Notes: generated by a model from the letters alone, not told the origin. DNA of 64,000 bases from Eledone cirrhosa (GCA_964016885.1 OZ024747.1:9424001-9488000); one strand, 5' to 3'; counted from the stretch's first letter, positions 21,170 through 35,448 are shown. Numbers and translations: made by a program.

Positions 21170-23090
21170 ACATCGGAAAGTTGTTAAATATCTGTGAACA
21201 TATTCTATGGGTCATGTCAAATGTGTTGTTTATGTGAACATTCTAACCTAAGTTGTTATTGACGCTTACACCAAGATCTCTTGTGATATTTGATATGACG
21301 AGGATTTTACGCGAGGGAAGAAAATATGTTAGTTTAAATTTATCCTCTTTCCCAAAATGGATGCGCTCGAATTTCTCCTCGTAAAGCAGAATATTGGGCT
21401 TTTCCCGTCCATTCGATATCAACGTAAAGACGAGAGTGAAGTCACATCTGGTCTCTACTCCAGTGATGATGATATTCTGGGGCTTGTTTCTTAGCTTGAT
21501 TTGTCAATGTTGCGATTAATGTAAATATTGAAGGGGACTGGGCCCAATATAGTGTCTTGAGGGACAGCACTAATGACTTTTAATGAGATTCATTGTACTT
21601 CATAGATCCCGACATGCTGGATTCTGTTCCCCAGGAAACACTCGATCCGCTGTGGTAGCGTCATGTAGACTCTACTGTTGGATTGTTCCATCAGCAGGAT
21701 ACTGTGATGGAGCCGGCCAAAAGCTTTGCTTCAAGTTAAATTATATGACATCTGTGCTGGAGCTCTCTCCCAAAGCCTTTAGAATGTCATCAAAGGGGCG
21801 CAGAAGCTGATGACATGAAAGGTAAGTGAGATCGGTCGATAATTCCCTACAAGTGACATGTTTCCTTTTTTGAAAACTGGGAAGACAAAAAAATGTTCAG
21901 CTATATTGTCGGCATTCAGTAATTTTCTACAGAAATTAGCTAGAACGAAGGAATTTCAGTGTCGACTCTTCTTCAGGACAAATTCGGCGAATTTATTGAC
22001 ACCCACAGCTGAGTTATGTTTACTTTTGTTAATTGCTGCTGTCAGAGCCGGACTTTCACCTGCTGAGGCCCTAAGCTATGTGAAATTTCAGGCCCTTCTC
22101 TAAAAATATTCGGATAAACATTTTTTTATATATTTATATTAATGTTAGTTATAAAGAATGAATAATTTATATATAATTTTTGGTGTTAAGGAATATAAAC
22201 TAATGATAAAATAAAAAAAAATAAAAATTTTAATGAGGCCCCCGAAGGTGTGTGATCCTAAACTATAGCTTATTTAGCTTATAGGCAAGTCTAGTACTTG
22301 CTACTATGATATCTGGGCGCCAAAAGTTATATCAGACAGGATGTGTTGGGGATTTTCTTCACAGATACTGCCCAGATCAACCACGCCAGGATCACTGGAA
22401 ATCGGCCAGTATTGTTTCTGCAGAACTTCACCCATATTTTTAACATCGTTAAGGAGAATGTTATTGTCATCAATCTGTGTCCCAACAGATGAGACAGCAA
22501 TCTTATGACTTTTAGTAAATAAGAGTAATACTTAGGGACCTATAGATCGAATTTCATTTTCTCAATGGCCCAGGCATCCTCAGATGTTCTTTGATTATTG
22601 ATGATAGTCTTCATACTATTTTGAAGACTATATTTTTTGTATTCGAGCAATGCTATAGTTATTATATGGGGTAGTGCTGCTATCAATATTCCAGTTGGAT
22701 AATTTCTTTATCGAGTCCTTTTTTAATATTTTCTAAAGAGGATTGTTCTATCTCTTGAGAGATTGCACTTAGTTTTATCCACAGATTTTGATAGAAAGTG
22801 GTTTAAGCATATATTTTGAAGTGTCCTTTAACAGCTGCCAAATTACTTTGATGTCACGAGGATGAATGTAAAAGTCTATGAGAGAAAGATGTAATTGCAT
22901 CTCAGTTTGTATTCTGAAAGGTCGATGCCAAATTCGTGGGTTAGAGTGGGCTTTTTCTTGGTTTAAATATTTAGGTGTTTGAAATTCAGGCTACCACAGA
23001 GTAACATGTCATAGTTTGAGAGGAGAATGTTTTCAACTGCAACATTATGGGTGTGTTAGTGTGCTTACTAAACATTAGGTCCAAAATACT
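21170..23090 (-). pseudogene. Decayed LINE reverse transcriptase ORF2 (CR1/L2-group-like)
   Basis: Minus-strand motifs NYRPISLT (about 21845), TDVI*FNL (DVIYLDF-like, about 21750) and SAVPQDTILGPVPFNIYIN (about 21570); many stops and frameshifts; boundaries approximate. Confidence 0.75.
22043..22299. mobile_element. Old hAT-like MITE inserted in the LINE
   Basis: Degenerate TIRs cagagccggactt / aagtctagtactt; candidate 8-bp TSD gctgctgt / gctactat. Confidence 0.5.
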
Positions 23091-23203
23091 TTAGATATAT
23101 CTCGTTGACAAGATGTCGTGTTCTATACACACACACACACACACTTGTGTATATATATACATATTACACAATATGTAGTCATATATATATATACATATAA
23201 ATG

Positions 23204-23290
<87 letters not shown>

Positions 23291-23481
23291 GCGCGCGCAC
23301 GCACACATACATATATATACGTGTGTGTGTCTTTGTGTGTTTCTTTTCGCACATGAAAAACATATTATAGTGTCATCTATATTCCCGTTTGCTCACATTA
23401 CTCACTCAATGAGATATGAAATGAACATTTATCGAGCAAAACCTGTCAGAGTGCTAACCAAGTAAATGTTTGCAATATGGC

Positions 23482-23511
<30 letters not shown>

Positions 23512-23516
<5 letters not shown>

Positions 23517-23824
23517 ACTAGAAATTGATTAACATATATATAAACATGAATAATCACAGGAGATAATTTTTACAAGCGTGTAACCACGCATAGCTAGTTG
23601 GGTAAAATAAATAAAGTTGACTAGAACTTCAAAAATAGATACCTTTTAATATGATTAATCTTCCCTGTTTATATATATGTTAATCAATTTCTAGTTATTA
23701 TAAAATGCTCGGACCTACATGATAGAATCTTTGAGCTTATTTTCCGGGCGATATGGCGCACGCCGTTATGGCATGACACCCACAATTTCGATTTAGATTA
23801 AATTCATTTAATTTATCTTAATTT

Positions 23825-23828
<4 letters not shown>
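23512..23828 (+). mobile_element. Fold-back pLTR-like insertion without a visible hammerhead
   Basis: Inverted arms about 23512-23546 and 23666-23702; GCTC gga..tct TT GAGC hairpin 23707-23736; (TA)n flanks. Confidence 0.6.
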
Positions 23829-23899
<71 letters not shown>

Positions 23900-24108
23900 T
23901 AGCTTTCCCCTGTGTTGTTTACTTGTCTCACTCGCTTTACGCGTTTCAATTGTCCTAATAACTTATTTTAGTTATTATCGCTCCAACGTGAGGTATCTGA
24001 TTTTTAATGTGATGAAATACCAATGATCGTTGGCAAATCACTGATGAGGGACTCATTTTATAACATGTAAATCCATGTGCAACCATGCAGTATTCTTCTC
24101 CCCATATT

Positions 24109-24140
<32 letters not shown>

Positions 24141-24143
<3 letters not shown>

Positions 24144-24424
24144 AAAGAATAGAGGTGTAACACACGAGTTATGATATATTGGTAAAAGGAAAAGAAAATG
24201 CTGACAAATTGTTCCCAGTGAAAAATAGTTTAATTAGGAATAAGTAAAAATTAGTAATAAGTATTGGTTAGTATTCAGTTTTGGTTTTAAAGTATTGGTT
24301 AGTATTCAGTTTGGTTTTAAAACCAAAACTGAATACTAACCAATACTTATTACTAATTTTTACTTATTCCTAATTAAACTATTTTTCACTGGGAACAATT
24401 TGTCAGCATTTTCTTTTCCTTTTA

Positions 24425-24430
<6 letters not shown>
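24141..24430. repeat. Long palindrome (arms about 110 bp) between (TA)n tracts
   Basis: 24175-24290 versus 24320-24432, with a short internal direct duplication. Confidence 0.85.
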
Positions 24431-24467
<37 letters not shown>

Positions 24468-24486
24468 ATATATATATATATGTATG

Positions 24487-24518
<32 letters not shown>

Positions 24519-24539
24519 GATATATGTATATATATATAT

Positions 24540-24700
24540 AACGGAGGAGGTGTGATAAGGAACCAGATGGACCATAACGCACCAGAGTACTCAATACTTA
24601 GGGTAGTAGAGTGGGTAATAGGAAAATGTTTAACCCCGACGGCAGAGCTCAAGCCGTCGAAATGGCTTGAGCTCTGCCGTCGGGGTTAAACATTTTCCTA
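24540..24700 (-). mobile_element. Family D pLTR fold-back copy
   Basis: Similar to 8571-8759. Confidence 0.8.
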
Positions 24701-25010
24701 TATATATATATATATTGTCCCGTAACTCTTGATATAGTCGTAGCGACGCCGTAGTGACGTACGGCGTTTCCTGGGCAACTTATCCCGTCTCCTTATGATG
24801 TCTGAAGGCACCCGATTTCTTCCAAAGAAGGGGTGAGAGTGATAGTGGGGAAGTGAGAAAGAGATATAGGGGAAGAACCGATTCCAGTACTTCATTTATT
24901 GACCTTGAAATGATGAAAGACGAAAAGTGACCTCGACGGGATTTCAACAGCGTAGAGAGCCAGAACGTCAGACAAAGGGCGTTGTCTGACGTTCTAACGA
25001 CTCTAGCAAG

Positions 25011-25071
<61 letters not shown>

Positions 25072-25342
25072 ATGTGTATGTGTGTATATATGTATAATGT
25101 GTATGTGTATATATATAATGTTTATGTATATATATATATATATATATAATTTGTATGTGTGTATATATGTATAATGTGTATGTGTGTATATATATATATA
25201 AATATATATAATGTGTATGTATATATATATATATATAATGTGTATGTATATATATAATTTGTATGTGTGTATATATGTATAATGTGTATGTGTATATATA
25301 TATATATATATATATAATTTGTATGTATGTATATATATATAG

Positions 25343-25557
25343 GAACGATCGACTTTCATCAAATCGGACCGAGGGAACAATGTTTCCGTTGGTCTTTCCA
25401 ATTGCTAATACTATCTATCGGTCGCAACTCCATGTAGAAGGAGCAACGTGAAATAAAGTGTCTTGCTCAAGGACATAACGCATCGCCTGGTCCAGGAATC
25501 GAACTCACAACCTTACAATTGCGAATCCAATTCTCTAACCACTCAGCCACACGCCCT
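25343..25557 (-). mobile_element. tRNA-derived SINE type 2
   Basis: Similar to 13461-13678 and 43417-43632. Confidence 0.85.
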
Positions 25558-25693
25558 CACACACGCCTATATATATATGTATGTATATATATATATGTAT
25601 GTATATATATATATAATGTGTTTGTGTATATATATATATGTGTGTGTGTATGTGTGTGTGTGTATGTATGTATGTATGTATGTATCTCTCTCA

Positions 25694-25780
<87 letters not shown>

Positions 25781-26559
25781 TCAGGAATTTTGTATTTTAT
25801 GGAATACAAAACTGTACAATGTTTGTCTATCTACACATTTTTTTCATTGTGTTTTTTGCAATTTCTTTGGACAAGAAAATATTCTACGACGAGGTAGGGA
25901 ACATTTCCATGCTGAAAGGCCACATTAAGTTACTTGTAATATAATAAGGCCGCATTCAAGGAACCATAATTATATATTCTGGAAACCTACATTATTTTGT
26001 AAAAATTTAATTACTATGTACTAATTATCTAAAAAACGAAAAAATTTAATTTAAAACTAACTACTTTTTAATGACTTTGTTATACTGCGTGTTGTAAGAA
26101 AGTATTTTGATATTTGGTTGCACCATGGAGGCCCCTTATGATCTGCTAATGTTTTTAAATTCTGTCTGTCTGTCAGTGTGGATTATTTCGTTGGTTGTCT
26201 TTTTACTCTCTGGTATTTAAAATACGTTCATCTTATCGTTTAAATTAAAATAATAAGAGATAAACAAAAGCATATTAATAAAAATTAAATTTGTTTGAAA
26301 ATTTTTGTTCTTTCAAAAGGCCGCACAGAATGGCATTAGGTCTTAGGTTTTCCATCTCTGTTCTAAGTCCTTGAGGTCAACTTTGCCTTTCATCCTTACG
26401 GGGTCGATAAAATAAAGTAACAGTAATGTACTGGGCTGGGTATTTGCTGGCCTTGTGCCAAAAGTAGAAACAATTATTATTTCTAAATTTTCATAGTCTC
26501 AACTTCAGGGTGAAGTGATGTTTTCATGTGTTGTTACTTCTTTATAGTCGACAAATCTA

Positions 26560-27960
26560 ATGACATAATGATAACATTATCATAGGAATTTGAATTATAA
26601 ACGTTAAATTTATGTCATCGGTCAGTCATTAATGTTTTTCTCTCGTGTATATTACTTATATGTTGATTTTAGCTTTGTTTTTGTATGGAATTTATGTATA
26701 TATTATGTAGCAATTTCCTCTTATCTAGTTTTGTTTTGTGATGTAATATATTGCATATTGTTGTATGTGCATGGTTAGTCAGCGGGTAAGTGCCGTACTT
26801 GTATGACTATTATAATAGTTGGAATCGGGAAGTTTATAAATGTCACGTTTGTCTACTTCAATAGTACACCACTTTCACCATTAGTAGTTTATTTATAGGT
26901 TTACACACTTATGAGTTATTATTGATAACAAATATTTGAATATTAATATCTTTGTAGTATATTATCATTGTTAGATTATGATTTAATGTGATACATTTTT
27001 TATTCTGTTTTATGAAGTTCCTATAAACTATTCAACTGTTCTATGGTTAGTATGTTTGATTCATACAGTTTATATCTAGTTTATTTTATTGATAATATTT
27101 CATATGTGTATTGTTCAAAGGTTTTATATAATACTAATGTTAGGTTTAGTCTGTAGATGTCGTTATCTAGTGTTTGCTTCGTTTATGAGGAGAATCTCAA
27201 TACTCTTCTCTATAGAGGTTTTATCACTGACATTTTATGTGGGACATTCGTTGTTTCTAGATAAATATATAGATTTATTGCTGTTAATGGTGTCTACAGA
27301 TGTGATGCATCTGTTATTTTCTATATTAATACGTATATCTAAATATGGTGTCATTGTATTGCTCAGAGTTCTATATTTTTACAGGGTTGATTTCTAGGTC
27401 TCCCTTTAACTTCTCGTCAACATAGAACCGTCCATTACAACGAGTATATCGTATATTTCTGTCTTCCTACGACTCTGTCGTCTGGTGTAGCTATATAGAA
27501 CGCCGCGTACGCTTTCTAGGTCTTCCTTTAACTTCTCGACAACGAGTACGGTATATTGTATATGTATGTCTTACTACGACCCCGTCTTCTAGTGTTGAAT
27601 GCTGCGTACGTAGACTCCATATCCTCTACACACAATTTACCTTATAAACAGTGTAAGACTATTTCCGTTGTATAGTATACTAATAATTTCTTCAACATTT
27701 TTGCTGACATCGTGGGTAGTTTTATTCTTAGGTCTTTCTATACATTCTTAATATGGTTTCTATTATCACTGCCAATGGAATATTGGTAAACAGATTCTCG
27801 ATATCTAAGTTGGAGACGCTGCCTGCTTCATTAGTTTCTTTTAAGATCCTTTATATAAGCAAATATATGAAATAGGTGCTTGGATTGGTCCCACTTTTAG
27901 GCGTTCTAACCGGGAACAATAGAACAAAATAAAACAGTTCCAGCATAGACATAAGCATGG
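26560..27960 (-). pseudogene. Decayed Penelope-like RT plus GIY-YIG endonuclease ORF
   Basis: Minus-strand pieces SNLDIENLFTNIPL (about 27815), PYLDIRIN..ITSV..IYLSRNNECP (about 27350-27240), LK*TNV and SHTSTALTR*LTMHIQQ (about 26860-26760), in PLE domain order. Confidence 0.7.
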
Positions 27961-27996
27961 GATACACATTAGGTACGTGAGCCATGACAGCCGTAA

Positions 27997-28310
27997 TAAT
28001 GGTTTCTACTTTTGGCACAATGCCAGCAATGTATTACAAGGCCAGCAGTGATTTACTGGTACTTTATTTTATCGACCCCGTAAGGATGAAAGGCAAAGTT
28101 AAGCTCGGCGGGATTTGAACTCAAACCATAAAGGCCCGCAACTCTTTGCTGCAAAGCATGGCGTCCGACCCTCTACCGATACTGCCAATCTATCGCCCTT
28201 TGACAGGCGATGACAGCCGTAATAGTGCTTTCTACTTTTGGCACCAAGCCAGCAATTATCCCAGTGCATTACTGGTACTTTATTTTATCGACCCCGTAAG
28301 GATGAAAGGC
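27997..28310 (-). mobile_element. Two tandem SINE type 1 copies (one full, one partial)
   Basis: Core and A/B boxes on the minus strand. Confidence 0.85.
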
Positions 28311-28445
28311 ATGGAAGATATTGAGAAATGAAAGGAAAAACCTAGAAAACACATTGGTGTAATCCCTATTTGGAAGAACATTTAGATTCACTTGTAGAAA
28401 CGTAACACTAGATATAAAAAATCTACTGAATAAAATAATTCTTTC

Positions 28446-29102
28446 AACTGGTGGTTTCACCCAACGATACTTCAGGCAACAAGATATCACAGCCAACTAC
28501 CAGGAAAACTGACAATTCCTATTCTCCAACTGGTGGTTTCACCCAACGATACTTCAGGCAACAAGATATAACAACCAACTACCAGGAAAACTGACAATTC
28601 CTATTCTCCAACTGGTGGTTTCACCCAACGATACTTCAGGCAACAAGATATAACAACCAACTACCAGGAAAACTGACAATTCCTATTCTCCAACTGGTGG
28701 TTTCACCCAACGATACTTCAGGCAACAAGATATCACAACCAACTACCAGGAAAACTGACAATTCCTATTCTCCAACTGGTGGTTTCACCCAACGATACTT
28801 CAGGCAACAAGATATCACAACCAACTACCAGGAAAACTGACAATTCCTATTCTCCAACTGGTGGTTTCACCCAACGATACTTCAGGCAACAAGATATCAC
28901 AACCAACTACCAGGAAAACTGACAATTCCTATTCTCCAACTGGTGGTTTCACCCAACGATACTTCAGGCAACAAGATATCACAACCAACTACCAGGAAAA
29001 CTGACAATTCCTATTCTCCAACTGGTGGTTTCACCCAACGATACTTCAGGCAACAAGATATCACAACCAACTACCAGGAAAACTGACAATTCCTATTCTC
29101 CA
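28446..29102. repeat. 82-bp tandem repeat, 8 copies
   Basis: Unit caactggtggtttcacccaacgatacttcaggcaacaagatatcacaaccaactaccaggaaaactgacaattcctattctc. Confidence 0.97.
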
Positions 29103-29372
29103 AATAAACTTCTGATTTCTTCTGTTGTCAGCAGAATATCTAAACAGTAGTGAAAAATATTTCTTTATACACATGTCGGGTTTTACTTTTCTGACTACAT
29201 CGCAATGCATAAAATGAAATGTACAGTTCCGTCATGCGCACTAAAACACCAACTGCTACCCAGAAGTTAATATTATATATATATTATGATGTTATATCAC
29301 AATATATATACTAATGGTAAACGGAAACAGTACAATAAAGAACTATTTTAGTTTAACGCTTGTTATAGTAGG

Positions 29373-29500
<128 letters not shown>

Positions 29501-29631
29501 AAAAGTTATAAAAATATTTGCTTGTTGTATCCCAACAATTTAAATAGAACCTTTACATATATATATATATATATATACAAAGAGACTCGTATACACACAA
29601 TATATATGTATATATATATATACATATATAC

Positions 29632-29715
<84 letters not shown>

Positions 29716-29798
29716 GTTATTCCGGGTTGAGTCGGAGGTAACCACAGTAAGTAAGGTACTCAATACATTGCAGAGTATAAAAGTTTTAATATAGATGA

Positions 29799-29847
29799 GA
29801 TTCTACAGGACTAGAACTGTTTCATTCTTTAGAAATCATCAGGAATC
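29799..29847 (-). ncRNA. Type I hammerhead ribozyme
   Basis: gattc CTGATGA tttctaaagaat GAAACAG ttctagtc CTGTA gaatc. Confidence 0.8.
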
Positions 29848-29851
29848 ACAG

Positions 29852-29904
29852 GAGATTACTGATGATTTCTAAAAAATGAAACAGTTCTAGTCCTGTAGAA
29901 TCTC
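29852..29904 (+). ncRNA. Type I hammerhead ribozyme (slightly mutated)
   Basis: gagatta CTGATGA tttctaaaaaat GAAACAG ttctagtc CTGTA gaatctc. Confidence 0.65.
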
Positions 29905-29915
29905 ATCTATATTAA

Positions 29916-29971
<56 letters not shown>

Positions 29972-29986
29972 AGTTTTAATATAGAT

Positions 29987-30039
29987 GAGATTCTACAGGA
30001 CTAGAACTGTTTCATTCATAAGAAATCATCAGGAATCTC
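29987..30039 (-). ncRNA. Type I hammerhead ribozyme
   Basis: gagattc CTGATGA tttcttatgaat GAAACAG ttctagtc CTGTA gaatctc; 7-bp stem I, 4-bp stem III, GUA site. Confidence 0.85.
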
Positions 30040-30143
30040 TATATTAATCTCATCTATATTAAAACTGTTATACTCTGCTATGTATTGAGTACCTTACTTA
30101 CTGTGGTTACCTCCGTTTCAACCCGGAATAACGTATATGTATG

Positions 30144-30193
<50 letters not shown>

Positions 30194-30654
30194 CATATAT
30201 ATTGTGTGTATATGAGTCTCTTTGTGTATATATATATATATACGTATATATGGGGGTCAAAAGATGACCTGGATGGGGAGAGGAGTTTAGCTGCCCCTCA
30301 CCCACTAAATGCCCCATATAGATACCATCCCCATCCGCCTCTCCTAACCCATGCCATATGAGAGGTATACAAAGCAAGCTCGTACGGCTTATTACTGGGT
30401 AATTACTGGCCTTGTGCCAAAAGTAGAAATAATTATACATATATGCGTATGTATGTGAATGTGTGTATGTGTGTATGTGTGTGCCTGTGTGCACATAAGC
30501 CTGTGTGTGTGTATGTACATAAGCCTGTGTGTGTGTGTGTGTGTACATAAGTCTGTACTTATATATATATATTGATATAATATTACAATATATACTAGAT
30601 TATAAGATGGGTTTCTAAAGTAATGCCGTTAGCTGTGTTATCTGATATATGTAC

Positions 30655-30730
30655 ATACCACTACTACCACTACTACTACTACTATTACTACCACCACCAC
30701 CACCACTACTACTACTGCTGCTGCTACTAT

Positions 30731-30767
<37 letters not shown>

Positions 30768-30919
30768 GCTACTGCTGTTGCTGCTGCTGCTGCTATTATT
30801 ACTACCACCACCACCACTACTACTACTATTACTACTGCTGCTGCTGCTACTATTACTACCACCACGACCACCTCCACCACTACTACCACTACTACTACTA
30901 CTACCACCACTGCTACTAT

Positions 30920-30961
<42 letters not shown>

Positions 30962-30978
30962 CGCCACCACCACCACCT

Positions 30979-31024
<46 letters not shown>

Positions 31025-31051
31025 CACTACTACTACTGCTGCTGCTACTAT

Positions 31052-31088
<37 letters not shown>

Positions 31089-31106
31089 GCTACTATTACT
31101 ACCACC

Positions 31107-31150
<44 letters not shown>

Positions 31151-31283
31151 CACCACTACTACCACTACCACTACCACTACCACTACTACTACTACTGCTG
31201 CTGCTGCTGCTATTATTACTACCACCACCACCACTACTACTACTATTACTACTGCTGCTGCTGCTACTATTACTACCACCACG

Positions 31284-31327
<44 letters not shown>

Positions 31328-31330
31328 AAA
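30655..31330. repeat. (ACT)/(ACC)/(GCT) compound trinucleotide array
   Basis: Direct reading. Confidence 0.95.
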
Positions 31331-31339
31331 TAATAATAA

Positions 31340-32090
31340 TAGTTTCTGATTGAGGCACAAGGCCAGCAATTTTAGGGGAGGGGAAAAGTGGATTAAATCG
31401 ACCCCAGTGCGTTACTGGTTACTGGTACTTTATTTATCGACCTTGAAAAGTTGATTTAGGTCGGATTTTAATTCAGCGACTCAGATCAAATATACACACA
31501 TACATACATTCATATATACATAAATATATACATACACACAAACATATACACACATATATGTGTGTTATGGTTCCTTATGATCTAAGTTCAAATCCCGCCG
31601 AGGTTAACTTTGCCTTTCATCCTTACGGGGTCGATAAAATAAAGTACTAGTCACGCACTGGGGTCGATTTAATCGACTTTCCCTCCCCCAACATTGCTGG
31701 CTTTGTGCCTATATAAGAAATCATTATTAACCCTTTAGCATTTAAACCGGCCATATCCGGCCAGAATTCTCTCACTTCTTTCTGTTGAAACTGGCCACTC
31801 ATACTTATGTTAAGGTATTGTTCTCAAAATAAATTATATCAAAATCTCACAGATTCGATATTATGTGAGATAAAGTCTTTACTGTAAAAATACAAAAGTA
31901 AATATAGAGTAATGTAAATGCTAAAGAGGTAAGGCGGTGCATTGGCAGTATCGGTAGAGCGTTAGATAACATGCTTTGTGGTATAGTGTTACGGCCCTTT
32001 ACGTTCTGAGTTCAAATCCCACCGGGGTCACCTTTGCTTTTCGTCATTTCAAGGTCGATAAAAAAAACCGTACCAGTCCAGCACTAGGTT
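31340..32090. mobile_element. Cluster of three SINE type 1-related copies
   Basis: About 31340-31480 (minus), 31570-31730 (plus) and 31933-32090 (plus). Confidence 0.75.
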
Positions 32091-32910
32091 CGTTTCTTCT
32101 TCTTTACCTTTTTCACACTTCCTCCACCCTCTTCTCTCCTTCTCTGCAATAAATCGGCTGTATTCAGACCCGGAGATTATATTCGCTAATATATGGTTAT
32201 GTGTTGGTGAGAAGGGTTTTAACATTTTTCATTCAATTGCTTTGTAATATATTCCAACTATGAGTTTGTGATTAAGCGGGAGAGATATCGCCTGCTATTT
32301 TATAAGATTTGTAATGATATATTTATCCATTCTTTAACCGAGGTTCTTACAGTTCTTGTAGTATATGATATGTAGAGTTTGTGCATTTTTACTAGGTGCA
32401 GTTTCTTTTGTATCAAAGTCAGTGGTAAGAAACTCGCAGGAGAGCTTTACAGCAGAAGGTCTTCAGATAAGAAACCCACCTCAAGCGAATGCTTTGGCTC
32501 TAAACTACAAGAAGTTAACTATTTGTGAACTAATCACGCGTTACTACCAAACATTTAGGATGCAGCTGCTAATGGATTTATGTAAGGAAATATTAAAAAT
32601 CCTTAAGAAAAAACTTGAGCTCAAACAGTCTTTAACGTATGTATGTATACATGTATGTATATATATGTATTGGGGTATATGTGTGTGTGTATACACACAC
32701 CTATACACACGCATATACATACATAAATACATGCATAAATAAATATATATATATGAGAATATATATATATATATATATATATATGAGAATATATATTTAT
32801 ATATGAGTATATGTATATATATATATATGCATATATTTATTAATATATTCTCATATATATATATATTCTCATATACATATATATATGTATTCTCATATAT
32901 ATATATGAGA

Positions 32911-32967
<57 letters not shown>

Positions 32968-32969
<2 letters not shown>

Positions 32970-33078
32970 AATATAAATTAGCGAGAATCGTATTTCAGCT
33001 CAGGAATTAACGAAAATCAACGTCCGATATGTGTGGCAAGCGCTCGATGATTCATGTGAATCAGAGCTACAACATACG

Positions 33079-33080
<2 letters not shown>
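32968..33080 (-). mobile_element. pLTR tail-only fragment with the conserved hairpin
   Basis: Minus strand: GCTC tgattc acat gaatca TC GAGC gct (33039-33067); (TA)n flanks. Confidence 0.6.
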
Positions 33081-33124
<44 letters not shown>

Positions 33125-33126
<2 letters not shown>

Positions 33127-33300
33127 AAGGCGGGTAAAATTCCCGAGATCCATGGACGAGTTCTCTCCAGCGGTCTCTGTCCCTCATTATCGCTGCCATA
33201 TCCTGCATCTCCAACAGACCAGTGTCTGTCCTTAGGGCATCAACAAATGTTAACCTTGGTCTTCCTCTTCTAGTGTGTCCATGTAGGGGCTCCCAAAGGA
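33125..33300 (-). mobile_element. RTE-like LINE ORF C-terminal fragment
   Basis: LWEPLHGHTRRGRPRLTFVDAL..MRDRDRWRELV, resembling the RTE-clade C-terminal G-R-P..W..DR..WR motif. Confidence 0.7.
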
Positions 33301-33313
33301 TATACATATATAT

Positions 33314-33950
<637 letters not shown>

Positions 33951-34009
33951 AAAAGGTAAACCGAAATAACAAGCAAACGACAGAGTAAAATGAAGAAATA
34001 TATTAGTTT

Positions 34010-34350
34010 TACATGGAGAGCGTGTATGTGAAAAGCGACCCAAACTTAAACCTATGCTACATGGAGATCGTGCATGTGGAAAGCGACCCAAACTTACAAA
34101 AATGCTACATGGAGAGCGTGCATGTGAAAAGCGACCCAAACTTAAACCTATGCTACATGGAGAGCGTGCATGTGAAAAGCGACCCAAACTTAAACTTATG
34201 CTACATGGAGAGCGTGCATGTGAAAAGCGACCCAAACTTAAACCCATGCTACATGGAGATCGTGCATGTGGAAAGCGACCCAAGCTTACAAAAATGCTAC
34301 ATGGAGAGCGTGCATGGGAAAGCAACCTAAACTTAAACGTATGCTACATT
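34010..34350. repeat. 48-bp tandem repeat, about 7 copies
   Basis: Unit gctacatggagagcgtgcatgtgaaaagcgacccaaacttaaacctat. Confidence 0.95.
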
Positions 34351-34730
34351 TTAAGGATTGTGTAACCACCCTCTTCGAATGTACTTGAAATATGTGAGGG
34401 CAATGGAGATGATACATGAAAAGTTCGTATAGAGGTTTTTAAAATAGTACTCAACCCTCAAATATAATTTAAAAGCTCTGCACGACGACGCCCAAAATGT
34501 GATGGAAATAAATATGGTCAGCAATATTTATGGTCGTATATGTCATACCCCCCAAAAAGGCGGTGGATTGGCAGAGTGTTTAGAGCATCGGATAGAATCA
34601 TTTGTTCTCTGTGCTCTATGTTCAAGACCCACCGAGGTGTGTAACGTTAAGACCCTCTTCCTTCAAGCGTTAACCTAATATATTCCTTCCATATACTGTA
34701 TCGATTGTGTTGTTATTTCTGTTTACCTTT

Positions 34731-34801
<71 letters not shown>

Positions 34802-34919
34802 ATATATTGTTATACTTTGGGAGGGTCATGTTGCCAATAAGAAACACACGCACCAGTTGCTTTCACTTCAGTTTATTATATATTTATAAATTTACAAGTT
34901 TATAACAAATTCAGAAACG

Positions 34920-34980
<61 letters not shown>

Positions 34981-35309
34981 CGATATTAACAAATGGAAAC
35001 TATATTTATAAAACCATATCTATTTCATTATACATATTTCAAGGATACCAAGTTAAATTATGGTATGCCTTCATCAGACAAAATACAATATATATCAGTT
35101 TTACAAATAAGCATTGACGTACCCTTTCAAAATGCGACCATTACTTTTGGAGGACATCAGGATAGTGGTTTGTTTATATTATTTTAGTAAGTCGTAGTGT
35201 TAAGGACTAGTACAAAAAGACGTATATCTACTCCAAATACTTGTCGAGTGCTTTATATCAGTTATAAAAATATTTACTTGTTGTATCCCAACAATTTAAA
35301 TAGAACTTT

Positions 35310-35312
<3 letters not shown>
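34981..35312. mobile_element. Family A pLTR copy with inverted hammerhead arm
   Basis: tcatcag at about 35071 with upstream tttc (minus-strand core); hairpin 35230-35249 on plus strand. Confidence 0.7.
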
Positions 35313-35368
<56 letters not shown>

Positions 35369-35448
35369 GTGAGGTTTTTATACAAAATGAAAAATAATCG
35401 AGGTGTCTCATCTGTGAGAAAAACCACAGACCCTCCCATCTCAACTCT

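Larger units (their letters stand above)
29715..30133. mobile_element. Two family C fold-back pLTR insertions in opposite orientation around (TA)n
   Basis: 29715-29919 and 29972-30133; three hammerheads; hairpins at 29758-29776 (minus) and 30072-30090 (plus); relative at 37660-37826. Confidence 0.85.
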
